From: a virus | Lineage: Duplodnaviria > Caudoviricetes | DNA: 51,705 bases | IMG/VR virus record: IMGVR_UViG_3300048834_000253 | Location: 1-51,705 of that record | Strand: one strand, 5' to 3' | Shown: one piece after another, positions 1-8,889 of the stretch | How the letters are laid out: each line of letters starts with the position of its first letter | Numbering within the stretch: position 1 is the stretch's first letter | Program-made: the position numbers and the translations under genes | The notes under the pieces: model-generated | What the model was told of the DNA's origin: nothing | Seen by the model: only the letters and a program-made list of their open reading frames with translations | Databases searched by the model: none

Positions 1-127
1 TGCTGGTCTTGAGCTTTTCGTGCGCCACTTGCTCGGTGTGCAGCCGCCCGGTTTGCACCAGCAGCAGGCCCGCCAGCGCCAGGGCGGCGGCGATGGCGCC
101 CCAGGCTTTGAGTTTGTCGAGGATCAT
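1..127. repeat. 127-bp direct terminal repeat, identical to 51579-51705 (circular assembly overlap)
   Basis: Exact match of first and last 127 nt. It falls inside the Rz gene, and 127 is a common assembler k-mer. Confidence 0.95.
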
Positions 128-465
128 TCAACCTCCACGTCCGGCAGATCGACGGTCTGCCCTGCCAGCGCGTGATTGCTATCCGTCAGAAATTGAATGC
201 GCCCATCAGTCACAAAGGAATGGCACACGTTCGGCACTGGGTTGCCATCCGGCCCGAGCTCCCACTCCCCATTCCACTTGCCATCTGGCCCGAGCTTGAC
301 CTTCATGCCTCTCGCAAGAATGGAAGGCTGTAGCGTCGGACGCGACAAACTGCCGTTGAATGTCCAGGCCCCGCTGCCCTCCAGCGGAAGGCAGTGCTCA
401 TTCCCGCATCCAGGGCACTGGAAAACAACGTGTTTGCTATCAAGTCGTTCAATTCGATCTGTCAT
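124..465 (-). CDS. DUF6527-like Cys/His (zinc-binding) protein, 113 aa
   Basis: ATG at 465 with GGAGG SD. Motifs CPGCG..H, W.FNG...PT..PSIL and CHSFVTDGRIQFL.D..H.LAGQTVDLP. Confidence 0.75.
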   Translation of the reverse strand: MTDRIERLDSKHVVFQCPGCGNEHCLPLEGSGAWTFNGSLSRPTLQPSILARGMKVKLGPDGKWNGEWELGPDGNPVPNVCHSFVTDGRIQFLTDSNHALAGQTVDLPDVEVE

Positions 466-512
466 TCCCAGTACCTCCACCAGTACCAAACCATTGCGAT
501 CCAAATAGCCAT
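462..512 (-). CDS. 16-aa Trp-rich micro-ORF MAIWIAMVWYWWRYWE
   Basis: Exactly fills the gap between the endolysin and the next gene, with TGATG and ATGA overlaps. Confidence 0.5.
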   Translation of the reverse strand: MAIWIAMVWYWWRYWE

Positions 513-1027
513 CACTGCACCCCCATGCACGCAGCGTTGCGCTGTTGTTGTCGCGTCCAGACTCCCATGCACCGTGTGTTGCCGGGTGTAGAACAGTCGT
601 AGCCTGCTGCGAATTTATAGCGCAGGTAAGCCCCACAAGCTGCGATGTAGTTGCCCTGTTTTGTCAGGCGCAGCATGGACGATTTCTGCCATGTGGCACA
701 CCCGTATTGCCCTGCGAAGTCCACGGCCTGCGCGAATTCGACGGGGTGAACTGGAGTCTCGCCCAGGCTGTCGCGCACGCATTTCCCGTATGTTTGCTCA
801 AGCAAGTTGGTCGCAAGCTCTGCCGCACGTTGCCTTGTGATGTGCTTGTCTGCCATCGTTACCATGGTTCCATCTTCGTAGTGCGTACTGCCGTGGCCGA
901 TGGTCGGTACATCGCCCTTTGTGGGGATGACCGGCGCAGGTGTAAAGCCCTCGAACGCGATCCACGCGGCGATGATGGCCGCGCCGATCTTCATCGTGTG
1001 GGCTGGAAGGCGCTTTGTGTCAGCCAT
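512..1027 (-). CDS. SAR endolysin, GH24 phage lysozyme
   Basis: Ala/Gly-rich N-terminal SAR segment (IGAAIIAAWIAF) followed by catalytic E (FEGF), D (GDVP) and T (PTIGHG). Confidence 0.9.
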   Translation of the reverse strand: MADTKRLPAHTMKIGAAIIAAWIAFEGFTPAPVIPTKGDVPTIGHGSTHYEDGTMVTMADKHITRQRAAELATNLLEQTYGKCVRDSLGETPVHPVEFAQAVDFAGQYGCATWQKSSMLRLTKQGNYIAACGAYLRYKFAAGYDCSTPGNTRCMGVWTRQQQRNAACMGVQ

Positions 1028-1401
1028 CAGATCAGTCCGAGTCTCTTAGCGATGAACATCACAACAAGACCAGCGGCGCCCCACACAGCGGACACAACCC
1101 ATGCGCTTGTTTGCTTTTGCATCGGCGCGTCGCGCTCAAGAACATCAACGCGCTTTTCAACGTCGCCAAGATTCTTTTCAACAATCGCCAATGCTGTGAA
1201 TGCCCTTTCCTGCGCTGCACTTGCGTTGCTCTGACGCTCTTCAATGACCAGCAGTTTTTGAAACGCTGCTGTCATGTCACGGTGCGAGCTTTTGAGATCC
1301 TGCATGTCGCCGTGCAGAGCATCGAGTCTTGTTGCAACTACTTCGATGAGCGCGTCAGATTGACGCCGTGCAAAGCTGTTGAATTGTTCAGTGTTTGCCA
1401 T
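1027..1401 (-). CDS. Holin candidate: coiled coil plus single C-terminal TM helix
   Basis: Immediately upstream of the endolysin. TM segment WVVSAVWGAAGLVVMFIA with a basic tail. Confidence 0.55.
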   Translation of the reverse strand: MANTEQFNSFARRQSDALIEVVATRLDALHGDMQDLKSSHRDMTAAFQKLLVIEERQSNASAAQERAFTALAIVEKNLGDVEKRVDVLERDAPMQKQTSAWVVSAVWGAAGLVVMFIAKRLGLI

Positions 1402-1912
1402 CAGCAGCCCTCCCCATCACGGCCCGCAGCGAGCACGGGTCGAAGCGCCAGGCATCGAGCAGGCCCAGCATCTCGGCGCAGGCCTCGCTGCACATCACGC
1501 GGCTGCGCTTGTTGGGCACGACCCAGGCCAAAAAGCCCAGGATGAGCTGCCAGTCGTACAGCCGCCCCTCATTCAGCACCGCCCACGTCGCAGCGGCCTG
1601 CGCGCCGGGCATGTCGTCAAGCTGCCAGTGGTCCGGCTTGATGACGATGCGTTTGAACCGCACCCCACCACGCTTGCCGGGGCGCCGTGGGCTCCAGGCC
1701 GGGATGTGCTCAAGTCCGGTGCTGCTGACGCACCACAGGGCGCCGTCTGCATCGGGCGCACAGGTGCCATCGGGCATGAGCGCATCCACCCCATCGCCTG
1801 GCTCGAACACGATTTCGCTGTGGCTGTAGGGGCCGCGCAGGCGCAGGCGGATCAGGATGTTGCCCAGGCCCAGGATGCCCGCGCGGGTGCCGTGGTAGCT
1901 TGCGAGTTTCAT
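1388..1912 (-). CDS. Permuted papain-like (NlpC/P60, YiiX-type) peptidase/amidase
   Basis: Start MKLASY at 1912 (ATGA overlap). His motif YSHSEI precedes Cys motif CSEACA, with YDW between them. Confidence 0.7.
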   Translation of the reverse strand: MKLASYHGTRAGILGLGNILIRLRLRGPYSHSEIVFEPGDGVDALMPDGTCAPDADGALWCVSSTGLEHIPAWSPRRPGKRGGVRFKRIVIKPDHWQLDDMPGAQAAATWAVLNEGRLYDWQLILGFLAWVVPNKRSRVMCSEACAEMLGLLDAWRFDPCSLRAVMGRAADGKH

Positions 1913-2316
1913 AGCGTTTTCGCCTGCAAAAACAGTGCGTCCGTCTGCGCATCCGTCAGCCCGAGCGCAGGCGCCAACGAGGCTACCAACCCATGGTGCC
2001 TTTGGACTTCCTGGCTGTATTCCCACTGAATCCGCGCCGCTTCTTTCTGCGGGCTGGGCAGGCCGTTGATGGCAGCGTCAATGTCATCAAGCAGGCCAGC
2101 ACCCAGCAGCGCAAGTCGAGCTTGGCGCATCGTGACTGCTGACGGTACGACAGGCGGCTCAGGGGGCGGCGGCGTCAGGTTCTCACCATCCCAGAGCCAG
2201 CCGATACCGCCGCCGTGCTGGTCGGCATCAATCAGCGTCACTCCGGGCAGCGCATTGAGACTCTCGACGGCAATGGTGTTGGCGACTGCGCCGCCCTCGA
2301 TGATGTGAGCGCGCAT
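1909..2316 (-). CDS. Tail-fibre-associated/assembly protein
   Basis: Follows the tail fibre. GIGWLWDG and VPSAVTMRQARLALL...W.Y motifs are typical of such proteins. Confidence 0.65.
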   Translation of the reverse strand: MRAHIIEGGAVANTIAVESLNALPGVTLIDADQHGGGIGWLWDGENLTPPPPEPPVVPSAVTMRQARLALLGAGLLDDIDAAINGLPSPQKEAARIQWEYSQEVQRHHGLVASLAPALGLTDAQTDALFLQAKTL

Positions 2317-4155
2317 TTAGATCACCTCCACGATTGTGATTTTTCCGTCAGCGCCGTCGCCGCCCTTGCCTGCGGGGAAGCCGTTGATGTTGCCCGTGCC
2401 ACCGTCGCCGCCGTCGCCGGGGTTGACGCCGTTGGCGCCTGCCGTGCCCACTACCACGCCGGTTGCGCCGCCGCTTCGCCCGCCGCGCTGGCCACCCAGC
2501 AGGGCTTGAATGCCGGTTGCACTGGCGTCGCTGCCTGCACGGCCATTCGGACCGCCCCACTCCGTATTTGTAACGACACTAATACCTGACCCTCTGAGCT
2601 GCCCTGCTGCATTGCCAGCGGGTGCGGCGTCTTTTCCTCCGCCGAGTGGGCCGTCGCCGTGCGAAGAACTGGAGCCGCCGTTGCCGGTGTGCACACCCCC
2701 GGCTGCAGAGCGCAGCGCGCCGATGCTTGATGCGCCGCCAGACGTCCCCGCCCCGATGGTCTTGTTTGCGGGGGAGTTATCTACCGATGCAGCAGCACCA
2801 CCCGTGCCTTTCGCGCCCACGGTGCACGTCACCGACGCCCCCACCGTGACCTCGGCAAGTGCAATGCTGGTTTTCCAGCGCTCGCCCGCACCACCCCCGC
2901 CGCCGTTGTAGCGTGCTGCTGCACGGGCGCCACCACCGCCGCCCGCGCCCCCAGCAATCAGGTCGGCATCCCACTGCTGGATGCCCGGCGCCCATACGTA
3001 GCTGCCCGTGGTCGTGAAGGTCTTGGTGCCACCAACAAGTGGAATGGAATAGAGCGCGGCGCCGTCGCACAGCACGAGCCGGACGGCGCCGGGGTACAAC
3101 ACAAAGTTCGCAAGCCCGTCAATCGTCTCGGCGCTGTTCGGGTCGAGCGTAATGTCACCCGTGTCATAGTTGCGCACGTAGCACCACCAGCCGTTACCCA
3201 GCGTGGCGGCTGCAGTGAGTCCAAGCGTCCATGTGCCGCTGCAGTCGATGAGTGCGCCTTTGTCCGTGCCGACAAGCGTGTATGCGCTGGTTTTTGTGGC
3301 TCGGGCCATGCTGCCCGGTGCGGCTTCCGAAGTCCACTCCACCCCTGTCTCATTGCTCTTGACGCGCAGGTTTTTAAGTGCCTGACCAGCCAGCGCCGGT
3401 ATATCAGCCCCCAAATCCTCCACCCACGATGCGTCTTTTCTCGCGTATGCTTTTCCATCGCTGGGCGCCTCTGGCACAGGCCCGCCAGCAATGGACGCAG
3501 CGCTCGCCGCAGCCTCTGCCGCTTTTGTCGTTGCGATGCCAGCCTGCGTCGTTGCGATGCCAGCCTGCGTCGTTGCGATGCCAGCTTGCGTGGTGGCTAC
3601 GCCAGCTTGCGTTGTGGCCGTAGAGGCTTGCGCCGCAGCAACGCCAGCCTGCGTTGTGGCCGTTCCGGCCTGCGTGGTGGCGACCCCTGCTTGAGTCGTG
3701 GCCGTTGTTGCCGCATTCTGCGCAGCCGTATTTGCCACCTCCACATCCTCCACATTGATGGCCAACTGCACCCGGCCTGCGGAAATGTCGGTGGCCAGCA
3801 CGCCAGAGGTGTGCCCCGCGATGACGGAATAGATGTTCTTGCTGACCGGATCGCGGAAGTAGTCACTGATGACGTAGGCGGTGGCGGTCAGCCAATCGCC
3901 TCTATACCGTCCGTAAGAGATTGCCGTGATGTTGCCTGACGCATTGAAGGCCAGCACCAGATTGGCCCGGGCGCCCGCGTCCATGGCCAAGGTCTGATCT
4001 GCCGTGCCTACCGGGAGTTTGATGGCCCGGTCTGCATCGCCCTGCACTTCATCAAAGCCAGCTTCTACGCGGGCGAACTCGTCTTTGAGCACCTGGGACG
4101 AAACCCGCTGTTCTGGGAGGGGGTTATAGGCGCGCGTGTAAAAATCGTTGGGCAT
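2317..4155 (-). CDS. Tail fibre protein (Gly-rich C-terminus)
   Basis: N-terminal attachment region, ATTQAG heptad stalk, EAPSDGKAYARKD motif and Gly-rich distal domain. Confidence 0.85.
   Translation of the reverse strand: MPNDFYTRAYNPLPEQRVSSQVLKDEFARVEAGFDEVQGDADRAIKLPVGTADQTLAMDAGARANLVLAFNASGNITAISYGRYRGDWLTATAYVISDYFRDPVSKNIYSVIAGHTSGVLATDISAGRVQLAINVEDVEVANTAAQNAATTATTQAGVATTQAGTATTQAGVAAAQASTATTQAGVATTQAGIATTQAGIATTQAGIATTKAAEAAASAASIAGGPVPEAPSDGKAYARKDASWVEDLGADIPALAGQALKNLRVKSNETGVEWTSEAAPGSMARATKTSAYTLVGTDKGALIDCSGTWTLGLTAAATLGNGWWCYVRNYDTGDITLDPNSAETIDGLANFVLYPGAVRLVLCDGAALYSIPLVGGTKTFTTTGSYVWAPGIQQWDADLIAGGAGGGGGARAAARYNGGGGGAGERWKTSIALAEVTVGASVTCTVGAKGTGGAAASVDNSPANKTIGAGTSGGASSIGALRSAAGGVHTGNGGSSSSHGDGPLGGGKDAAPAGNAAGQLRGSGISVVTNTEWGGPNGRAGSDASATGIQALLGGQRGGRSGGATGVVVGTAGANGVNPGDGGDGGTGNINGFPAGKGGDGADGKITIVEVI
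3526..3710 (-). repeat. About 8 tandem 21-bp units encoding ATTQAG(I/V/T)
   Basis: Visible repeat gcgtcgttgcgatgccagcct and its translation. Confidence 0.9.
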
Positions 4156-4161
4156 AGTGGT

Positions 4162-6201
4162 TTACCGGTCAAGCCTGCGCGGCGTGTACACCACGGAAAC
4201 GCTTTGCAGGGTGTGGGGGAGTTCGTTGCTGGCCTGACTGATCACGCTCAGGCTCAGATCGGCACCAACACCGTCGAGCCGAACCTTGCTGATGGTGTTG
4301 CGCGGGATGTCGTAAAAGCTCTCGTCGTAGCTGCTGACGTCGTAGTACGCGCCATTGGCAGAGCGCAGCACCTCGGCGGCATCGGTCAGGCCAATCTCTG
4401 GGTTGCCCAGGCTGTATTCGCCCTGGACGATCACCCGGAAGGCGCTGTCAGATTTGCTTTCCAGGTCGGCCCGGCGAAAGCGCTTTTTCTCCATCGGGCT
4501 TTTGATGTGGTTGAAGGCCAGCTTTAGGTAGGCGAAGATTTCCAGCCCGTCGAAGCTGCGCCCCCGGTCGGCTTCATAAACGTAACCGTCATCGCTGCCA
4601 AAGAAAGTGCGGTTGTCACCGGCCATCACGGCTTCGCAGGTGCACCACACCGTCTTGCCGTAGTTGATGGGCATGAACGACAGAGCCACACCGTCCCGGG
4701 TTGCGATGGGGGTGATGCTCAAGCTATCACCGGTGGCAAAGAACAGGCGCATGCGCTGGTCTGCGCGGTTCACCACCGAAGCAATGGCGAGGCGGTTGCG
4801 CAGCAGGCGCTGGATGCGCGCCGACAGCGGCAGGCGAGAGAAGTTTCCGAAGGATTGGGATGCTTCCAGCGTGGCCAGCCCCAGGGTATCGAAGGCGATG
4901 ATTCGCCCCAGGCTCTGCACGCTCCAGCGCTGGGCGCCCACGTCATCCGAGAATGACGACAGTTTCCAGTCTGCGGTGCTGCTGCCATACAGCACCCAGG
5001 TGCGGGTTGCAGAAAACACCATGAGGGCGCCGCCGTCCGCATCCGATGGCAGCACCTTGAAGCCGGTCACCACGTCGCCCGCTGCAATCTCCCCGGCGCC
5101 AGTCACAGCAGACCACCGAAACGGCTCGGCAATGGAGCTGTTCTGCACCGACCCGTCGAAGCTGAAAAACAGGTGATTCTTGTGCGCCACGCAGTGCACA
5201 GGCTTGTCCACCGCCATGCCGGTTTTGATGGGCACCAGCACGTCGCCGTCAAACTCGAAGCCACGGTTCACACCGTCTGAGCCATAGATGCGCTGCGCAC
5301 CTGCACGTCCGGTGAAGTTGTACACGCACAATTCCAGCCTGCCGCCTGGCAGCATGGTGATCGAAGTTTCCGCTCCACTGGCAGTAGCCGTGACACCTGC
5401 GGTGAAGGCCCCGGCAGTGAATGACCCGCCCGATGGCGCAGCGATGATGAAGCGCCCGGCTGCAGTGCCCGCAGCCCAAGTGCCCGACTCCAGCGAGATC
5501 CGTTTGAGTACGGCAGACACTGCACCTTTAGTGATCGTTGCCCCTTCGGCGGGGGCGGGGCCACTGCCCGCAGTGAATGCCAGTTCACGATAGAACGGAA
5601 CCAGCACCCAGCCAGCGGCTGAACTCTTGTACATTTCGCACGCAGTCACCCCGGCGTTGTCGCGCCAGGCATAGACCACCGTGCCCAGAATGCCGATGCC
5701 ACGGATTGGCCCAGAGCCAGGAACAGCGCCAATGTCTGCCCGGTAGCTGGCGGCTGCCAGCGTTGCAAACTCGTTGTCATCGAAACCGTCAATGTCCGAG
5801 GCGTCGCCGTAAATCACGCCGATGGGGGTTCCAGCGACATTCAGCGTCTCGCCCGATTCAAAGGCGCCCACCACGCGGGTGATCACGATCTGGGATGCGC
5901 TGCGCACCTGAATGACGCGCCCGGTGGCTGCGGATGTGACGCCCGTCACGGTGTTTCCAACCGCAACCCCGGTGAAAACATCAACCGCCTGGAAGCACTT
6001 GTAGTCGGCATCGCTGGGACGTGGCCGACCGTCAAAGCGCTCGTACCCGCCAATGCGCTCGTACCCTTCCAGTGCGGAGCTTTCGTAGTTCATGGCGCCG
6101 ACCACCGTTCCAGGCTTCAGCGTCAACTGAGCCGACTCGGCATCCAGCCCCCCCGCCAGCGGGAAATACTGGGTCTTGGTGGGCGGCATCTGCATGCTCA
6201 T
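4162..6201 (-). CDS. Podovirus tail nozzle/DNA-stabilisation protein, 679 aa
   Basis: Beta-rich; PLAGGLD at the N-terminus; lies between adaptor and fibre. Confidence 0.65.
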   Translation of the reverse strand: MSMQMPPTKTQYFPLAGGLDAESAQLTLKPGTVVGAMNYESSALEGYERIGGYERFDGRPRPSDADYKCFQAVDVFTGVAVGNTVTGVTSAATGRVIQVRSASQIVITRVVGAFESGETLNVAGTPIGVIYGDASDIDGFDDNEFATLAAASYRADIGAVPGSGPIRGIGILGTVVYAWRDNAGVTACEMYKSSAAGWVLVPFYRELAFTAGSGPAPAEGATITKGAVSAVLKRISLESGTWAAGTAAGRFIIAAPSGGSFTAGAFTAGVTATASGAETSITMLPGGRLELCVYNFTGRAGAQRIYGSDGVNRGFEFDGDVLVPIKTGMAVDKPVHCVAHKNHLFFSFDGSVQNSSIAEPFRWSAVTGAGEIAAGDVVTGFKVLPSDADGGALMVFSATRTWVLYGSSTADWKLSSFSDDVGAQRWSVQSLGRIIAFDTLGLATLEASQSFGNFSRLPLSARIQRLLRNRLAIASVVNRADQRMRLFFATGDSLSITPIATRDGVALSFMPINYGKTVWCTCEAVMAGDNRTFFGSDDGYVYEADRGRSFDGLEIFAYLKLAFNHIKSPMEKKRFRRADLESKSDSAFRVIVQGEYSLGNPEIGLTDAAEVLRSANGAYYDVSSYDESFYDIPRNTISKVRLDGVGADLSLSVISQASNELPHTLQSVSVVYTPRRLDR

Positions 6202-6890
6202 GCCAGCGGCCTTGCGCCAAAGCCAGGCGCTGGAAGCTGTGACTGCGTGAGAGCAGACATCAGCATGTTGTAGTTCTGGTCAGCACGTTGGACGACTTCG
6301 CTTGCCGCGTCGAACCCGCCGTACTCACGCAACGCCCTCCAGACGATCATCATGTGGAACCGCTGCGGCATGGCGGGCTCGTCGGCATCAGCCGTCATGT
6401 CCAACACGTCGCGGATGTAGGACGCACGCACCTTGTGGGCAGAGTCAGGGGTGGGCGCGACAAGCAGATCGCCCGATGGGTCAACGCTCCAAAAGCGCAC
6501 CGGCCCGGCTGAATGCACACCCACAATGAACCGGCGTCGGAACGTGTCGTAGGGCAGGTACTGCAGGCCATATTCGGCGGCCTGTCCATCGGTCAGCCGC
6601 CAGGCGCTGGGCCGGTAGTCGTCGGCCTGCGGCTTCCACGTCGCCCAATCGGTCAGGGCAAACCCCGGCGCACTGGCTGTGGGCGACATGACCATCGCAG
6701 ACGTTTCGCCAAGCGCCTCACCGCGCCGGAAGAACCAGCTTTCGTGCATGAGCGCAATATCGCGCCATGCAAAGTTGACCCATTGGAAGATCCGGGCGTC
6801 ATCGCCCTTTGCCGTGGCAAGGGACGCAGGAGCGCCACCTGACAAACCGCTCTCGCGCTTGACTGCTTGGGCCAACTGCAGGAAGTTCAT
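6198..6890 (-). CDS. Head-tail adaptor (tail tubular A-like)
   Basis: MNFLQLAQAV N-terminus, L.VAPTPD and DEP.MP.RFH..IVWRAL motifs. Confidence 0.7.
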   Translation of the reverse strand: MNFLQLAQAVKRESGLSGGAPASLATAKGDDARIFQWVNFAWRDIALMHESWFFRRGEALGETSAMVMSPTASAPGFALTDWATWKPQADDYRPSAWRLTDGQAAEYGLQYLPYDTFRRRFIVGVHSAGPVRFWSVDPSGDLLVAPTPDSAHKVRASYIRDVLDMTADADEPAMPQRFHMMIVWRALREYGGFDAASEVVQRADQNYNMLMSALTQSQLPAPGFGARPLA

Positions 6891-6896
6891 GAAGGA

Positions 6897-7241
6897 TCAA
6901 GCCTGCATGAAGTTGCGCGACTGCATGGGAAAGCGTGCACGCTCCACCCAGGTCATCTTTTCGAGGTTGTCCGGCTCGTTCGGGTCAGCTTCTTTGACCG
7001 TGTAGGACAGGCTCTCGATGTGCTTGGCCATCTCCACGGGGACGCGAACCCACTTCTCGAAATGGACTTTGATTTGGTAGTTGTTCAGCCCAAAGAACGG
7101 CTGCTGCGGCTCGTTCGGGTCAGCGCGCGTGAGCTTGATTTCGCAGGTTTCACCGCTGAAACCATGCTGCTGAATTGCCTTGGCAATATTGGTGGTCGAG
7201 TCGGCGTCGGTGGTGGATTCGAACGCGGGTTGCTTGGCCAT
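6897..7241 (-). CDS. Hypothetical virion-module protein
   Basis: 114-aa ORF with GGAG SD, lying after the capsid-block terminator. Confidence 0.7.
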   Translation of the reverse strand: MAKQPAFESTTDADSTTNIAKAIQQHGFSGETCEIKLTRADPNEPQQPFFGLNNYQIKVHFEKWVRVPVEMAKHIESLSYTVKEADPNEPDNLEKMTWVERARFPMQSRNFMQA

Positions 7242-7255
7242 GGGGTACTCCAGTT

Positions 7256-7285
7256 AAAAAAATGGGGAGAGGTCGCCCCCTCCCC
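7256..7285 (-). terminator. Intrinsic terminator after capsid/decoration genes
   Basis: GGGGAG(G)..CTCCCC hairpin followed by a T7 run on the minus strand. Confidence 0.8.
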
Positions 7286-7305
7286 TGTGCCTGTATGGCC
7301 GACGC

Positions 7306-7845
7306 TTACAGCGCGGTCGTGGCAGGCAGGAGCGAAATGTCCGTGTAGGTCACGGTCACGTTCGCGGCATCCAGCAACGTGGTGCCAGGGGTGAAGGTCG
7401 TAGCACCCAGCACCACTTTCATCACACCGATAGGCGCATAGCCCGCAGGCACTACCGGCACTTCACCCTTGGAGGTGGACACAATCCCACCGGGCAGCGT
7501 CACGGCCTGGCCGTTGTAGCCCCCCTGCACGACCGCCACAGTGCCTGCGGAGTTGAGTGCCACCACGTAATGCACCGTGGTGCTGGCAGGCTGCACATAG
7601 GCGCCGGGGCCGCTGGCAGAAGCACCAGACACTGGAAGGCCCAGCAGGTTGTGCGTGACAGCGATGGTCTGCGCAGCCAATGCGGCCTTGCTGTAAAAAA
7701 TGCCGTCCACCGTGTAGGTGGTGGCGCCGGTCGTCTTCACGGTGGCAGCGCCGCCTGCATTGATGGCAAGCGCTGCCTTGGAGTAGCAGCGGTCGCCAAG
7801 AGCGCGGCGCAGGCCGTGGTCATTGACTTGGGCAAGAGTGGTCAT
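7306..7845 (-). CDS. Capsid decoration/cement protein
   Basis: Ala/Thr/Val-rich 179-aa ORF directly after the major capsid gene. Confidence 0.6.
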   Translation of the reverse strand: MTTLAQVNDHGLRRALGDRCYSKAALAINAGGAATVKTTGATTYTVDGIFYSKAALAAQTIAVTHNLLGLPVSGASASGPGAYVQPASTTVHYVVALNSAGTVAVVQGGYNGQAVTLPGGIVSTSKGEVPVVPAGYAPIGVMKVVLGATTFTPGTTLLDAANVTVTYTDISLLPATTAL

Positions 7846-7874
7846 GGTTCGATTCCTTTCTTCAAGTCAATGGG

Positions 7875-8864
7875 TTAGGCGGTGACGGCGTGCTCGATGC
7901 GCGTCATCCATGCGTCGTTCAGGATCGCAGCGGCTGACCACATCTTGAAAGCCACATGCCCGCGCTGGCCCATGGGGTCAGAGTCCGAGGGCTTGGGGTT
8001 CACCACGATGGGAGTCAGTCCAGAGCCAGACGCCGACAGGTTCACCGTGGCGTAGCTGTCCTTGCCGACGATGAGCGACTGGTACACGTCCGCAGCCGAC
8101 CCGCCCAGCATTGCGCCCAGCGCACCACCGGCATTGGCCAGGGGCGTGTAGAGCGTGGAGCTGATGAACCGGATGTTCTCGAACGAACCAATTTCCGAAT
8201 CACACAGCGGCTTGAAGGTGCCGTAGTTCTGGATTCGGGTGTAGCCCGTCGGAATGTTGGTCGTGTTCTGCAGATCCATTTCCACGTTCGGATGCACAAA
8301 GCACACGTAGCACGCGGGAATGGGAGTGGTGCCCACGCCATCGGTGGCGTTGAGCATCATGGTCAGGGGCTTAGTGTCCTGATTCTTGAGCTGGCGGATT
8401 GCGCGGCGCAGAACAGTCGCCGTGATGGGGGTATTGACGTCCGTGCGCGCGGTGCCGTTGGAGTACAGCACCTGAGTGCCCGCCTTCAAGGCGTTGTACA
8501 TGATCAGCTCTTGCGTCTGGCCAGCCGTTTCGCCAAGCGAACCGCTCAGCTCGTTCAGTACCGGGTCTTCATGGGTGTCCATGATCACGTCGGTAATCTG
8601 CACGCGCTGGCCGTACTGCTCCAGGTTGGCGGTCACGTCAGTGGCGGCAATGTTGCCTTGCACTGGCGTCACACCTTCGGTCAGCGGAGTGGTGGTGGCG
8701 GCAAGTCGGCCGTAACGGCGCCACTTGACCACCTTGGTTTTGCCCTTGGGCACGGCGGTAACCACGGCGAATTTCGCCATGTTCAGGGAAGGCTGGGCAC
8801 GCTCCAGCATCTTGTCCACAGCGTAAGCTGCGGTACGGGGGGTGATATCACCGTAGACGGTCAT
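7875..8864 (-). CDS. Major capsid protein, N4-gp56 family
   Basis: YGDITPRTAAY, TTPLTEGVTP, EIGSFENIRF and DSDPMGQRG....K motifs. Confidence 0.92.
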   Translation of the reverse strand: MTVYGDITPRTAAYAVDKMLERAQPSLNMAKFAVVTAVPKGKTKVVKWRRYGRLAATTTPLTEGVTPVQGNIAATDVTANLEQYGQRVQITDVIMDTHEDPVLNELSGSLGETAGQTQELIMYNALKAGTQVLYSNGTARTDVNTPITATVLRRAIRQLKNQDTKPLTMMLNATDGVGTTPIPACYVCFVHPNVEMDLQNTTNIPTGYTRIQNYGTFKPLCDSEIGSFENIRFISSTLYTPLANAGGALGAMLGGSAADVYQSLIVGKDSYATVNLSASGSGLTPIVVNPKPSDSDPMGQRGHVAFKMWSAAAILNDAWMTRIEHAVTA

Positions 8865-8889
8865 GATCTGCTCCTAGAAGGAATTGGTT

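Noticed and set aside
3526-3710. CRISPR-like array
   Set aside because: Contiguous in-frame coding repeats without spacers; no cas genes.
2317-4155. Diversity-generating retroelement or invertible tail-fibre system
   Set aside because: No reverse transcriptase, no template/variable repeat pair and no invertase seen.
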